A DNA stretch of 64,000 nt, from the NCBI GenBank assembly GCA_052279835.1, contig CP181291.1:3840001-3904000 (forward strand). The letters are read 5' to 3'. A program made the position numbers and the translations under genes. Of the stretch, positions 47,934-59,192 are shown in pieces (the stretch's first letter is position 1; each line of letters starts with the position of its first letter). The notes under the pieces are model-generated. The model was not told where the DNA came from. It made no database searches and saw only the letters and a list, made by a program, of their open reading frames with translations. The DNA is from Microcoleus sp. (GTDB taxonomy: Bacteria > Cyanobacteriota > Cyanobacteriia > Cyanobacteriales > Microcoleaceae).

Positions 47934-50492
47934 ATGAACGATCGCACATCCAATCCAAACATCCCTCCACACACCTGGAAACGCGCCATTGGCCTCGGTT
48001 GGGACAACCCCTACACAGTCCGCTACGCCAGCAATCTCGACGATGGTCCTTGGCACGGAATGCCCTTGGGTGGCTTCGGTGCTGGGTGCATTGGTCGATC
48101 GCCCCGTGGAGACTTCAACCTGTGGCACATCGACGGTGGAGAACATATTTTTAATAGTTTGCCCGCTTGTCAATTCAGCGTTTTTGAAGAAACTGCTGGT
48201 AAGAAACAAGCTTTTGCACTGTGTACTGAACCGCCTACAGATGGCAGTTTATCTAGTTGGAAATGGTATCCCAACGAAGGAAGAAGGAAGAAGGAAGAAG
48301 TCAACCCCCCGCAACCCCACCCAAGGAAGAAGAACCCCCCCCTACCCCCCCCAAGGGAGAAGAACCCCCCCCTACCCCCCCCAAGGGGGGAAAATAAGAG
48401 GGAAGAGGAAGAAGGAGGAGGGGGAGAATCTCAATCTTCTGGGACTTATCATGCTTTGTATCCCAGGAGTTGGTTTGTTTACGAAAATGTATTTCAGGCA
48501 GAATTAAGCTGCGAACAATTCTCGCCAATTTTGCCTGATAACTATCAAGAAAGCAGTTACCCAGTAGCCATGTTTGAATGGGTGGCACACAATCCTACAG
48601 ATGCGCCGATAACTCTCAGCATCATGTTAACTTGGGAGAATATTGTCGGCTGGTTTACTAATGCTAATAAGTCCCCAGAAATCAAGGTGCGGGATGATGG
48701 TAGTCCCGCCTATGAGTATCTGCCTCGGTGGGGAGAAAGTGGCGGAAATATGAATTTGTTGGTGGAAGATTTTCACCGGATTGGCTGTGTCATGACGCGC
48801 TTAAATGCTGATGATGAGCCAAAAGAAGGGGATGGACAATGGGCGATCGCCACTATTACCAATCCAGCCGTAGAAGTATTCTATCAAACTCGCTGGAATC
48901 CTGCGGGGAATGGGGAGGAGATTTGGCAACACTTTTCTGGGGAAGGTTTCTTGTTGGATGATAAAGACGAGACACCCGCAGCCCCTGGAGAAAGATCGGC
49001 CTGTGCGATCGCCGTTCGCTTTACAATTAGACCAGGAAAAACTCGCAAAATTCCGTTTATTTTAGCCTGGGATTTCCCCATTACTGAATTTGCAGCCGGA
49101 GTTTGTTATTACCGCCGCTATACAGATTTCTTTGGGCGCAATGGCAAAAATGCTTGGCCGATGATTCGTACTGCTATGAAGCATTCCGATACTTGGCGCG
49201 AAAGTATAGAAGCTTGGCAAAAACCGATTTTGTCACGGGAAGATTTGAGTGATAGCTTCAAAATGGCTTTGTTTAATGAGTTGTATATCCTCACTGACGG
49301 CGGTACTCTTTGGACTGCGGCGGATGAACGCGATCCCAAGGGTCAATTTGGAGTTTTGGAGTGCCTTGATTACCGTTGGTATGAAAGTTTAGACGTGCGT
49401 CTTTACGGTTCCTTTGCTTTATTGATGTTGTGGCCGGAATTAGAAAAATCGGTAATGATCGCTTTTGCGCGGGCAATTTCTACAGGCGATGATACACCGA
49501 GAATTGTGGGCTGGAATCAAGCTGCTGCCATTAGAAAAGCTGTCGGCGCGACTCCCCACGATTTGGGTGCTCCCAACGAGCATCCTTGGGAGAAAACGAA
49601 CTATACTAGCTATCAAGATTGCAATTTGTGGAAGGATTTGCCTTCGGATTTTGTGTTGCAAGTTTATCGCGATTTCCTGTTGACTGGTAGCACAGATTAT
49701 GAGTTTTTACAAGATTGTTGGCCGGCAATTGTTGAGGCTTTGGCTTATCTGAAAACTTTTGATGAGGATGGTGATGGGATTCCTGAAAATTCGGGAGCAC
49801 CGGATCAGACGTTTGATGACTGGCAAATGCGGGGGATAAGTGCCTATTGTGGGGGTTTGTGGTTGGCTGCGCTCGAAAGTGCGATCGCGATCGGCGAAAT
49901 CTTAGAAGATAGAGCGCCAGAAATAATTCCGAATCCTCAAGCAAAGATTGCATTATATCACAGTTGGTTGGAACAAGCCAGACCAAACTATCAAGAAAAA
50001 CTCTGGAACGGTCAATATTACCGTTTGGATAGTGAGAGTAATTCCGCAGTGGTAATGACAGACCAATTGTGCGGTCAATTTTACGCAAAACTGTTAGGTT
50101 TGCCGGATATTGTACCGCTAGAATGTGCCATTAGTGCTTTAGAAACTGTCTACGAATCTTGCTTTCTGAAGTTCAAAGATGGTGAGTTTGGGGCGGCCAA
50201 TGGGTTGATGCTCAATGGGGCACCGGAAAATCCGAATGCGACTCATCCTCTAGAAGTTTGGACGGGGATTAATTTTGGGCTAGCTGCTTTTTTGGTGCAG
50301 ATGGGAATGGAGGATAAGGCATTTAAGTTGACTGATACCGTGGTGCGACAAATTTATGACCATGGGTTGCAGTTTCGGACGCCGGAAGCGATTACGGCGA
50401 CGGGGACTTTTCGGGCTTGTCACTATTTGCGTCCCATGGCTATTTGGGCTGTTTATTATACCATTTGCATCAAGGGTAAGCAGGATGCCTAA
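47934..50492 (+). CDS. GH116 family glycosidase (non-lysosomal glucosylceramidase-like) with an in-frame repeat insertion
   Basis: GMPLGGFGAGCIGR, LECLDYRWYESLDV, PHDLG, WKDL, PDQTFDDW, EVWTGINF, FRTPEA, YLRPMAIW. Confidence 0.92.
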   Translation: MNDRTSNPNIPPHTWKRAIGLGWDNPYTVRYASNLDDGPWHGMPLGGFGAGCIGRSPRGDFNLWHIDGGEHIFNSLPACQFSVFEETAGKKQAFALCTEPPTDGSLSSWKWYPNEGRRKKEEVNPPQPHPRKKNPPLPPPREKNPPLPPPRGENKREEEEGGGGESQSSGTYHALYPRSWFVYENVFQAELSCEQFSPILPDNYQESSYPVAMFEWVAHNPTDAPITLSIMLTWENIVGWFTNANKSPEIKVRDDGSPAYEYLPRWGESGGNMNLLVEDFHRIGCVMTRLNADDEPKEGDGQWAIATITNPAVEVFYQTRWNPAGNGEEIWQHFSGEGFLLDDKDETPAAPGERSACAIAVRFTIRPGKTRKIPFILAWDFPITEFAAGVCYYRRYTDFFGRNGKNAWPMIRTAMKHSDTWRESIEAWQKPILSREDLSDSFKMALFNELYILTDGGTLWTAADERDPKGQFGVLECLDYRWYESLDVRLYGSFALLMLWPELEKSVMIAFARAISTGDDTPRIVGWNQAAAIRKAVGATPHDLGAPNEHPWEKTNYTSYQDCNLWKDLPSDFVLQVYRDFLLTGSTDYEFLQDCWPAIVEALAYLKTFDEDGDGIPENSGAPDQTFDDWQMRGISAYCGGLWLAALESAIAIGEILEDRAPEIIPNPQAKIALYHSWLEQARPNYQEKLWNGQYYRLDSESNSAVVMTDQLCGQFYAKLLGLPDIVPLECAISALETVYESCFLKFKDGEFGAANGLMLNGAPENPNATHPLEVWTGINFGLAAFLVQMGMEDKAFKLTDTVVRQIYDHGLQFRTPEAITATGTFRACHYLRPMAIWAVYYTICIKGKQDA

Positions 50493-50605
50493 CCCCTACT
50501 CCCCACAATAATTTTGGGAGATTTCTATTAGACATCTCCTAAAAAGACAGTCAAGAACAGGCAGGATGCCTGTTCCACAATGATTATGACAGAGGTAGAT
50601 TGAGC

Positions 50606-51820
50606 TCAACCGATTAATTTAGCCACTCGCAAAGCAGATGTAATCGCTCCTTCATGCAAACCATCACCCAAATAAGCCCCCCCATGATAAGTATGATTCT
50701 CTCCATTAGTCTCGATAATTTCATTTCGATATCGGAAAGATTCCACTGTATATAAAGGGGTGTGATGTTTCTGAATGTGAATAATCTGGTCTTTTGCAAT
50801 CAATTCATCCAGGTGAAAAGCTAAACTGTATTGTCGCGAAGATGAGATACCACAAAGCTGATTTAAGCTCGCATTATAGCCCCATCCTTTGTCTGTTTCA
50901 AAAAAATCAAATTCTGATAACTTGCGAATACCGTAGCGATCGTACATGGATGTATCCGAATGCAGCAAAGTAGTCGCATAATTGGCTTGCCATGCCGAAA
51001 ACCGCTTAGTTTCCGCATCCGTCGGGTCAGACAACAGCTTCATTACGCAATCGGGAGGTGTTGCAAAAACAACCTTATCAAACTCCTGAATCTCCCCAGT
51101 AGACAGCACAATTTTTACACCATCAGCGCCTCTACAAATACTCTCAATTTCCACATTAACCAAAATTTTACCCTGAAAGCGATCGATAATTTTTTCAATG
51201 TAAGAATACACGCCACCTTTAATCCTTACCCAGTTAACCGACGCATATTCCCGTAGCATGGGAATCGCCAATTCTGCGGGAAAATTGTTGATAATTTCAA
51301 AAGGAATCGAGTAGCTATACATGGTTAGTAACTTGAGCCAAGTATTGCGTACACAGGAGCTATTTAAAGGCTGACCCAGTGGCATATCGTAGAAATCATG
51401 CGTTTGAGAAAATCGCATTTTCAGGATGAATCCAGCAGAACGAGCATAGAGAGCATCGAGTTGTAAATATTCAATCAGGCGTTGAATTCCCGTGAAGTTT
51501 TTCTGAATGGCGACTCCTGATAAAAAGTGGCGGCCGTCTTTAAAAAATAGCGAAGAACCTATTTCCACAGGTTCTAATTCTACTCCTAGCTCTTGCATGA
51601 GAGTAGCAAAATTATAAAACACTGTCGGAAATTCTAATACCCCATTTTCTAATATCTCTTTACACTCAGATTGATTGGGCGCAACGTTTTTGTTGAGTGT
51701 CCGAATATGTCCGCCTAAAATTGGCTGTTTTTCAAACACTGTAACATCATGCTTCTGTTTATCGAGCCAGTAGGCTGTGGCCATTCCACTAGCTCCGCCT
51801 CCAACAATTGCAATTCTCAT
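50606..51820 (-). CDS. FAD-dependent oxidoreductase (COG2907-like, amine oxidase fold)
   Basis: GGGASG..FEK..LGGHIRT; C-terminal HHTPLY...GAYLGDGLHEGAITSA. Confidence 0.85.
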   Translation of the reverse strand: MRIAIVGGGASGMATAYWLDKQKHDVTVFEKQPILGGHIRTLNKNVAPNQSECKEILENGVLEFPTVFYNFATLMQELGVELEPVEIGSSLFFKDGRHFLSGVAIQKNFTGIQRLIEYLQLDALYARSAGFILKMRFSQTHDFYDMPLGQPLNSSCVRNTWLKLLTMYSYSIPFEIINNFPAELAIPMLREYASVNWVRIKGGVYSYIEKIIDRFQGKILVNVEIESICRGADGVKIVLSTGEIQEFDKVVFATPPDCVMKLLSDPTDAETKRFSAWQANYATTLLHSDTSMYDRYGIRKLSEFDFFETDKGWGYNASLNQLCGISSSRQYSLAFHLDELIAKDQIIHIQKHHTPLYTVESFRYRNEIIETNGENHTYHGGAYLGDGLHEGAITSALRVAKLIG

Positions 51821-51840
51821 GGTTCTCTCCTAAATTGATA

Positions 51841-52182
51841 GAAGGAAGATGGAAGATGGAAGATGGAATATGAAAGATTGAAGATGGAATATGAAAGATG
51901 GAATATGAAAGATGGAAGAAGAACCCCCCCCAGCCCCCCCCAAGGGGGGAAGTCAGAGGGAAGATGGAAGATGGAAGATGGAAGATGGAAGATGGAAGAT
52001 GGAGGAAGAACCCCCCCCTGCCCCCCCCAAGGGGGGAAGGAAGATGGAAGATGAAATATGGAGGAAGAACCCCCCCCTGCCCCCCCAAGGGGGGAAGTCA
52101 GAGGGAAGATGGAAGATGAAATATGGAATAAATTTTCGTTCCCAGGTTCTACCTGGGAACGCATTGCTAGAGGCTCTGCCTC
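51841..52182. repeat. Composite intergenic repeat: (GGAAGAT)n heptamers, three GAAGAACCCCCCC.GCCCCCCCAAGGGGGG units and a CGTTCCCAGG..CCTGGGAACG hairpin
   Basis: Read directly. Confidence 0.85.
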
Positions 52183-52206
52183 GTGTTTTTTATTAGAGAA
52201 TTCCTC

Positions 52207-53739
52207 CTAGCCTAAAATTGGATCGCCTGATAAGCGTTGATACAAAAGTGCTCCTGTCCAAAATGTCGGCGCAAATCCTGGGTAGCCGGAGGAGGCATTG
52301 CAGAAATAGAAATTGTTGAGGGAGGTTTCGTGATTTAGCCGATCGACTCCCATGTTACGGGGCGTTAGACTAGAACCATAGGAATTGCCATTAGGACACC
52401 AGCAGAAGCGCTCGTTAGTGGTGGGACTTCCTGTAATATGAAAGACCATATGTTTGCGGAAATTCGGAACGTAGTGTTTCTCAACTACGTCTAAAATTGA
52501 ATCCAAAATTTCTTTTTTCTTGTTTCGATAAGCTTTGCGATCGCTATCCCAGAGTTGCTTAAAATAACTGTAATTAGCAACAGTGAGAAATTCAACTATT
52601 TGACAATCTTCTGGACAATCTCTCCGCGCTTGGGTCAGTAAAGTTGGAGTTGTGATGGCAAAACTGGGATTAGAAAAATCATTTTGCTCGTACATTTGAG
52701 CAAATGCTTCATTCAAATCTTGATGCCCAGAATGAAAGGTATTCCACTTGCCAAATCCATAGTCTCGGAGATCGATATCTTTGACAACACAGTAGGCCAT
52801 GTAGTTAGATGCAGAATACTCATAATTCAGTTTCCGCCTTACTGTTTGAGAGAACATTTCCTCACCAATCATTTTGGCTGCTTTTTTCGGATCGAGGTTG
52901 CAAATCACGGTGTCTCCGGTGAATTCATGAGTTTGATGGGAGGTCAAATCCATGGCTTGCACTCCGGTAACAGTTCTGTTGGTGAGTCTAAAATTGATGA
53001 CTTCATGATTTAGCTGCACCTTGCCGCCGTGGGATTCAATGACTTGAACTAAGGAATTGATGACATCCTCAAAATGTTGGGTTGGGTAAAATGCACCTTC
53101 TTGATAGCCTCTAAATAAGGCAATCCACGCATAGAAAGAAAGTTGATTTGGTGGGAGTAGAAAATCTGGCCATTGCAAGGCTAGTAAGGTTTGGGCTGCT
53201 TGTGGAAGTTTGAATTTGTCGAAAACATCTTGAAGTGTACTATTAAGATATTGGATGGCACAAAATACCTCACTGAAATGTTTGACTAATTCCACTGGCT
53301 TGATGGGAGGAGCTAGTTTTTTTAAGCCGGCGGCAGTCTTTTCAACTTCGTTGACAAATTGGGAAATTCGACTGGCATCTTCAGGAAACAACAGGGACAA
53401 TCTGCGAATCAATTCTGTTGATTCTGAAGGAATATCCAGGGAATATCCAGGCATTTTCATACGATCGAAGCCATTGGGATCGTAACGTTCAAAGGTGACA
53501 TCTCGATCCAAACCAAGCTTTTTGAGTACGCGATTGACAGTATGTCCTTCACCGCAATCCCAAACGTAGTGAAATTGGGCATTAAACGTATATTTTTTTG
53601 CCATTGTAAAGGTATGACCAAAGCCCCCCGGATGTTCATGGGCTTCGAGGATGTGCACGGTTTTGCCAGAATTTGCCATCAAGGCCCCAAAAACCAGTGC
53701 GGATAAACCACTGCCGACGATCAGGTAATCTGTTTTCAT
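52207..53739 (-). CDS. Phytoene desaturase / retinol-saturase-like FAD oxidoreductase
   Basis: IVGSGLS..LEAHEHPGGFGHTF, GSPTTNERF..PNGNSYG. Confidence 0.85.
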   Translation of the reverse strand: MKTDYLIVGSGLSALVFGALMANSGKTVHILEAHEHPGGFGHTFTMAKKYTFNAQFHYVWDCGEGHTVNRVLKKLGLDRDVTFERYDPNGFDRMKMPGYSLDIPSESTELIRRLSLLFPEDASRISQFVNEVEKTAAGLKKLAPPIKPVELVKHFSEVFCAIQYLNSTLQDVFDKFKLPQAAQTLLALQWPDFLLPPNQLSFYAWIALFRGYQEGAFYPTQHFEDVINSLVQVIESHGGKVQLNHEVINFRLTNRTVTGVQAMDLTSHQTHEFTGDTVICNLDPKKAAKMIGEEMFSQTVRRKLNYEYSASNYMAYCVVKDIDLRDYGFGKWNTFHSGHQDLNEAFAQMYEQNDFSNPSFAITTPTLLTQARRDCPEDCQIVEFLTVANYSYFKQLWDSDRKAYRNKKKEILDSILDVVEKHYVPNFRKHMVFHITGSPTTNERFCWCPNGNSYGSSLTPRNMGVDRLNHETSLNNFYFCNASSGYPGFAPTFWTGALLYQRLSGDPILG

Positions 53740-53910
53740 AATAACCTCGCAGGAGCTTGCAAACCCAGTGGCTTTAGCCCTGGGGGGAAAAGTAACACGG
53801 GATAGTTTAGTGTCCTGTCAATGGGATATTTCCTCGATCGAGTGAATCGGGCGATCGTTCTATCTTGAGACTAACTCTCAATTCTGAGGAAATTATGAAG
53901 ACAATAGTTG

Positions 53911-54015
53911 ATATCAATTCCGGTTGTATCGGAATGATTTAACCGCGAAGGCGCGAAGTACGCGAAGCAAGAGAAGAGAGAGTTTAATACAGGACGATGA
54001 AGAGAGGATTTTATA
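53911..54015. mobile_element. MITE of the ATATCAA(A/T)TCCGG...GGATTTGATAT family
   Basis: Same internal CGGAATGATTTAACC sequence at 12802, 59286 and 59461; related ends at about 38136-38157 and 41406-41506. Confidence 0.65.
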
Positions 54016-54042
54016 TGATGGGTATTTCAGCCGGGTTTGGTA

Positions 54043-57000
54043 TCAGGTAAGTGGGTGGAAGAGAATGTCGATCGCATTGGGACTTGCTTCTACTCCTTTG
54101 AGTATAGCTAAAAGTCGATCGCTGGAGGCTATCTTGATGAAAGTGGCATTGTTTTTTGAGATGATGCGGAGTCGATCGACTGTCAAGTTTCCTGTTAAAA
54201 CAAGCACATCTTCATCCGGGGTAAAATCAGTAATTACATCGCTGCCTTCGGGCGCAGTTAATACAAAGTAATCTCTTCCATTTCCACCTTGTAACGTATC
54301 ATCGCCTAAATCTCCCATTAGCCAGTCATCACCTAAGCCGCCAATCAAAGTATCGTCACCTTTGCCGCCTTGAAGAGTATCATTTCCTTCACCCCCGCAC
54401 AATTTATCGGTATCGTCATTGCCAAAAATTAAGTCATTGTCATTACCACCACAGAGGCAATCTTTTTGACCGCTAGCATCTGTGGCAATATTATCCATAT
54501 CTCCCACAATTGTATCGTCTCCTGGGCCACCACAGATGCTGTCATTGCCTAAATCTCCTAATAGTAAATCATTGCCAGTATTGCCGAAGATTAAATCGTT
54601 ATTTTTGCCACCGTGTAAGGTATCATGATATTCGCCACCAGACAGAGTATCTTCGCCTTCTTGTCCATGGAGAAAATCTCGATCGCGATCGCCAAATAGC
54701 AAATCTCGTCCCGTTAAATCGCCATCAGATGAGTTAGAAGTACCACCAAATAGACTATCAGCACCTTCACCGCCAACTAGAGTATCATTGCCCTTATCGC
54801 CCCAGATTAAGTCATGGTTTTTGCCACCGATCGCCAAATCATGATCCTTACCTGAATAAATAATATCATGGCCAGCATGACCGATGATATAGTCATTATT
54901 TTCGTTACCAAATATGGTGTCGCTGTCTGTATCCGGTGCGACAGAAATGTTACTAGGAAATCCCCCATAGATATAGTCGCCACCTTGCAATCCAATGAGT
55001 AAGTCGCTACCCTTAAAACCATTGATAATGTCATTAAAATTAGTTCCGGTTAAGGTATCTTTATCCTCAGTAGGGCTGAAAGTATTTTGAGTAATCTTTG
55101 GGTGAGGAAGGGACGGGATATCTGGTAAAATAGTGCGATCGCAAAAGCAGTTTTCCGAAAAAGTATCGATATTTCCCCCATCAAAATCAGTCAGCATTTC
55201 CCCAGGTTGGAGGGGCGTTGGATGGTGGGTACCCATCCCCACTGAAATCGCAGTCGGAATCTGAGTCAAATTTTCACCTGATGTGGGAATTTCCGCAGGT
55301 GTGGGAGTCGGAATCGGAGTTTCCGCAGGTGTGGGTGTGGGAGTCGGAGTCGGAGTTTCCGCAGGTGTGGGTGTGGGAGTCGGAGTCGGAGTTTCCGCAG
55401 GTGTGGGAGTCGGAGTCGGAGTTTCCGCAGGTGTGGGAGTCGGAGTCGGAGTTTCCGCAGGTGTGGGAGTCGGAATCGGAGTCGGAGTTTCCGCAGGTGT
55501 GGGAGTCGGAATCGGAGTCGGAGTTTCCGCAGGTGTGGGAGTCGGAATCGGAGTTGGAGTTTCCGCAGGTGTGGGAGTCGGAATCGGAGTCGGAGTTTCC
55601 GCAGGTGTGGGAGTCGGAATCGGAGTCGGAGTTTCCGCAGGTGTGGGAGTCGGAGTCGGAGTTTCCGCAGGTGTGGGAGTCGGAGTCGGAGTTTCCGCAG
55701 GTGTGGGAGTCGGAGTCGGAGTTTCCGCAGGTGTGGGTGTGGGAGTCGGAGTCGGAGTTTCCGCAGGTGTGGGTGTGGGAGTCGGAGTCGGAGTTTCCGC
55801 AGGTGTGGGTGTGGGAATCGGAGTCGGAGTTTCCGCAGGTGTGGGTGTGGGAGTTGGAGTCGGAGTTTCCGCAGGTGTGGGTGTGGGAGTTGGAGTCGGA
55901 GTTTCCGCAGGTGTGGGTGTGGGAGTTGGAGTCGGAGTTTCCGCAGGTGTGGGTGTGGGAATCGGAGTCGGAGTTTCCGCAGGTGTGGGTGTGGGAATCG
56001 GAGTCGGAGTTTCCGCAGGTGTGGGTGTGGGAGTTGGAGTCGGAGTTTCCGCAGGTGTGGGTGTGGGAATCGGAGTCGGAGTTTCCGCAGGTGTGGGTGT
56101 GGGAATCGGAGTCGGAGTTTCCGCAGGTGTGGGTGTGGGAGTTGGAGTCGGAGTTTCCGCAGGTGTGGGTGTGGGAGTTGGAGTCGGAGTTTCCGCAGGT
56201 GTGGGTGTGGGAGTTGGAGTCGGAGTTTCCGCAGGTGTGGGTGTGGGAATCGGAGTCGGAGTTTCCGCAGGTGTCGGAGTTGGAATCGGAGTTTCCGCAG
56301 GTGTCGGTGTCGGAGTCGGAGTTTCCGCAGGTGTCGGTGTCGGAGTCGGAGTTTCCGCAGGTGTCGGTGTCGGAGTCGGAGTCGGAGTTTCCGCAGGTGT
56401 GGGAGTTGGAATTGGTGTCGTATCTACAATAGTCAAAACAGCCGTAGAAATAGCCCCCAAATCAGCCCCATTAGTAGGAGAAATTAATCTTAAATTAACA
56501 GTTTCCTTTCCTTCTACTAAGGTGTCATCAATAATTTCAATAGTGAAAGATTTACTGGTTTCGCCGATCGCAAAATTCAAAGTACCCGATGTTGCGGTAT
56601 AATCGCTGCCAGCATTCGCCGAGCCATTACTTGTGTTATAATTGATACTAGCTACTGCATTTATCTCATCAGTGCGAGTCACAGTAATTGTCGCAAAATT
56701 ACCGTTTTCATTAACCGTATAATCGGCTTGACTAAAGTTAAATGTACCTGTATTATTGACGTTGATATTGAAAGTTTGATTTGGCGAAGTATCCACGCCA
56801 CCGTTATCAATACCGCCGCTGTCTTTGAGATTTATAGTAATCGTAGCACTACCAGTTTTACCAGGGGCGGGCGTAAACGTTAGTTGTCCTAAAGAGTCGA
56901 TCGCGGGCGGTACGCTAAACAAACCGGGATTGTCATTCCCGACTACTTGAAAACTAACGGTTTGTGCAGACTCGTTGGCGGGGCCCGGAGAAATCGCTGT

Positions 57001-58836
57001 AGCCCATCCAGCAACGGTTTGGGGGCCTGCGTTGCGGTTGAGAGTGCGATCGGACCCTTTGACAAATGAGGGTGCATCGTTGACTGGATTAACTGCGATC
57101 GCGGATGTTATCGCATTAGTGCTAAACGGCGTTGTTCCCCCGGTGACAGAAGCATTGACACCCGTTGTACCGCTAGCAATTCCGTTACTTCCATCCCACG
57201 CGCGAAAGGTAATTTTTGGCTCACTACCAGACGTAGTATAATAATCTGGGTTGGGTAAAAAACGCACTTTCCCAGGTGTTTGCACCGAAACTCCTGTCAG
57301 GTTAATGTTAGCTTGGGCTGAAGTAGTATCGTCTCCTAGAAATATAAAATTAGGAGTTTCGTAAGGATCGATCGCACCGCTAAAGGCAGTATAATCTCGG
57401 AGTGGGCCGGTTAGTATTACCTCGCTATCATCATAAAGAAAGTAATTTGCACCTTGCACTTTCAGAATATAATTAGTAGCAAAATTAGTGTTGTAAGCAA
57501 CATTCTCCGCAGCCACCAATAAGCTATTAGTTTGCCCCCCTGGATTAGGAGTAATGCCGTCTCCCTGGGCAAAAATATTCCCAGAAGTTGCAGATAGCTG
57601 TTGAAAACCGATTTCAATTGCTTTGCGATCGCTTGTTACCGCTATAATACTAAAACCAGCTCGATTGGGATTAGTGCGCGATTCGGACAGAATTTGCAGA
57701 TTAAAAGATATACTAAAGCCAGAATTGCGATCGAGGAGCGGAAATGAAGGATTTAAAGGATTGTTGCTATACCCCGCATAAATATTATTAGCAGCATTGC
57801 TATTTAAATTAACTCCATTACCGCTAAATATTTCCGAAGCAATAACCCCAGGGCCCGCAGCATTTAAATTAGTAAAATTTAGCCAACCTTGCTCGCTGGG
57901 AGTGTTACCAAGTAAGCCATTATAAACAACATTCGCTCCTAAAACAGTTGCTGAATTTTCAGAAACATTACCAAAATTTGTCCAAGTATTGCCGCCATTA
58001 GTCGAGAATTGCCAATTGCCGTTAATATTCTCAACTCCCGTAACGGCGACTCCTAACATATCCTGATTAGTATCACTACCCAACTCCGCAAGATAGCCAC
58101 CAAAGCTAAATCCTGTGTTAGCTGAGTTAGTTATATCTTCGTTAATCTGGAATGAGGGATTAACAGTAGGATTTGCCAAATTTGGAGCGCTATTTACCTG
58201 GGGATTGCGGAGGCTGTTAATATAAATAGTGTTAATTCCACCATTGGGCAAGCCGAGGGAACCGGGGCTGTTGACAGCATAATTTATAGTTTTATTGACT
58301 CCGCCCAAAGCACTGGAAAACTCGACAATGCCACCGTTGTTCGGTGCAGCAATTTGCACCTTAGCTGCATTGCCAAATTCTCCGTGGGTTCCTGATGTCC
58401 TCCAGGCGATGGAATCTACTGTATTGGTGGTAGTGAGAGGGGTAGTATTATCAACATATACAACATCGGAAGCTGCTAAATCGCTATCAAAGTTTCCGAC
58501 TGGTAGTAACTTGGTCAAAAATCCACCTTCGGCACTCAATCTAATATTCCAATCATTATTTGTGCCCAGCGGTAGAGGATTGTAAACAATCTCTTGATTA
58601 GCCGGAGGGCCACCAATAGCAAGTATTGTTCCTGCTTTAAAAACAGGCGCAATACTTGCCATATTAGTAAATCTGTAAGCTGAATATTTAGCTGTTGTGG
58701 GAACAGTTGAATCCCCCACAAAATAGTTCTGAAGCTGAGTTACAGTTAAATCTTCTGTCAGCAATAACTCTATATACTCGTTACCTGTAATGTCTCCTGT
58801 AGCCCTGCGGAATTCGTTGATAATTATCTGTCCCAT
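54043..58836 (-). CDS. Giant RTX (T1SS-type) surface protein: LTD-like N-terminus, Ig/cadherin-like domains with an inserted domain, Calx-beta, Pro/Thr stalk, GGxGxD repeats
   Basis: IIINEF...[18 protein letters not shown]...[20 protein letters not shown]alx-beta; (PTPTPAET)n; many GGxGND repeats; DVITDF tail. Confidence 0.92.
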   Translation of the reverse strand: MGQIIINEFRRATGDITGNEYIELLLTEDLTVTQLQNYFVGDSTVPTTAKYSAYRFTNMASIAPVFKAGTILAIGGPPANQEIVYNPLPLGTNNDWNIRLSAEGGFLTKLLPVGNFDSDLAASDVVYVDNTTPLTTTNTVDSIAWRTSGTHGEFGNAAKVQIAAPNNGGIVEFSSALGGVNKTINYAVNSPGSLGLPNGGINTIYINSLRNPQVNSAPNLANPTVNPSFQINEDITNSANTGFSFGGYLAELGSDTNQDMLGVAVTGVENINGNWQFSTNGGNTWTNFGNVSENSATVLGANVVYNGLLGNTPSEQGWLNFTNLNAAGPGVIASEIFSGNGVNLNSNAANNIYAGYSNNPLNPSFPLLDRNSGFSISFNLQILSESRTNPNRAGFSIIAVTSDRKAIEIGFQQLSATSGNIFAQGDGITPNPGGQTNSLLVAAENVAYNTNFATNYILKVQGANYFLYDDSEVILTGPLRDYTAFSGAIDPYETPNFIFLGDDTTSAQANINLTGVSVQTPGKVRFLPNPDYYTTSGSEPKITFRAWDGSNGIASGTTGVNASVTGGTTPFSTNAITSAIAVNPVNDAPSFVKGSDRTLNRNAGPQTVAGWATAISPGPANESAQTVSFQVVGNDNPGLFSVPPAIDSLGQLTFTPAPGKTGSATITINLKDSGGIDNGGVDTSPNQTFNINVNNTGTFNFSQADYTVNENGNFATITVTRTDEINAVASINYNTSNGSANAGSDYTATSGTLNFAIGETSKSFTIEIIDDTLVEGKETVNLRLISPTNGADLGAISTAVLTIVDTTPIPTPTPAETPTPTPTPTPAETPTPTPTPAETPTPTPTPAETPIPTPTPAETPTPIPTPTPAETPTPTPTPTPAETPTPTPTPTPAETPTPTPTPTPAETPTPIPTPTPAETPTPIPTPTPAETPTPTPTPTPAETPTPIPTPTPAETPTPIPTPTPAETPTPTPTPTPAETPTPTPTPTPAETPTPTPTPTPAETPTPIPTPTPAETPTPTPTPTPAETPTPTPTPTPAETPTPTPTPAETPTPTPTPAETPTPTPTPAETPTPIPTPTPAETPTPIPTPTPAETPTPIPTPTPAETPTPIPTPTPAETPTPIPTPTPAETPTPTPTPAETPTPTPTPAETPTPTPTPTPAETPTPTPTPTPAETPIPTPTPAEIPTSGENLTQIPTAISVGMGTHHPTPLQPGEMLTDFDGGNIDTFSENCFCDRTILPDIPSLPHPKITQNTFSPTEDKDTLTGTNFNDIINGFKGSDLLIGLQGGDYIYGGFPSNISVAPDTDSDTIFGNENNDYIIGHAGHDIIYSGKDHDLAIGGKNHDLIWGDKGNDTLVGGEGADSLFGGTSNSSDGDLTGRDLLFGDRDRDFLHGQEGEDTLSGGEYHDTLHGGKNNDLIFGNTGNDLLLGDLGNDSICGGPGDDTIVGDMDNIATDASGQKDCLCGGNDNDLIFGNDDTDKLCGGEGNDTLQGGKGDDTLIGGLGDDWLMGDLGDDTLQGGNGRDYFVLTAPEGSDVITDFTPDEDVLVLTGNLTVDRLRIISKNNATFIKIASSDRLLAILKGVEASPNAIDILFHPLT
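55283..56416 (-). repeat. Coding tandem repeat (24/30-bp units encoding PTPTPAET / [10 protein letters not shown])
   Basis: About 40 GGAGTTTCCGCAGGTGT cores. Confidence 0.95.
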
Positions 58837-58910
58837 ATAGATGCACCTAAATTTCAAATAAAAACGATGTTTTATCTGTCAAGCACTGCCACCCTAGGAC
58901 TGGCAATAAA

Positions 58911-59053
58911 TACCAACTTTTATGAGGCTGCATAGAATTCGATCCCCCCTAGCCCCCCTTAAGAAGGGGGGGACCGGAAGCTTTTTGAAGTCCCCCTTAA
59001 AAAGGGGGATGCGAGGGGGATCGAGATATGTGCAACGACCCATTAAATTGGTA
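58911..59053. mobile_element. MITE-like element (TACCAA...TTGGTA ends) with internal CCCCC/GGGGG hairpin repeats
   Basis: Internal GATCCCCCCTAGCCCCCCTTAAGAAGGGGGG shared with 19236-19267. Confidence 0.55.
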
Positions 59054-59192
59054 CAACCTAAATTGATTTTGGTCTCAATATTTTATGTAATAATACTGAG
59101 ATAAAATACCAAATTAGTATTAAATATGATTAAATATATTACTTGTACTGAGCAGCTATGTCAAGCATAATTTTAAATAATTGACAGGACTT

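Noticed and set aside
55218..56602. Long + strand ORFs (404 and 439 aa; also 60651-61649 and 60850-61599)
   Set aside because: Antisense shadows of the Pro/Thr coding repeats in the RTX genes
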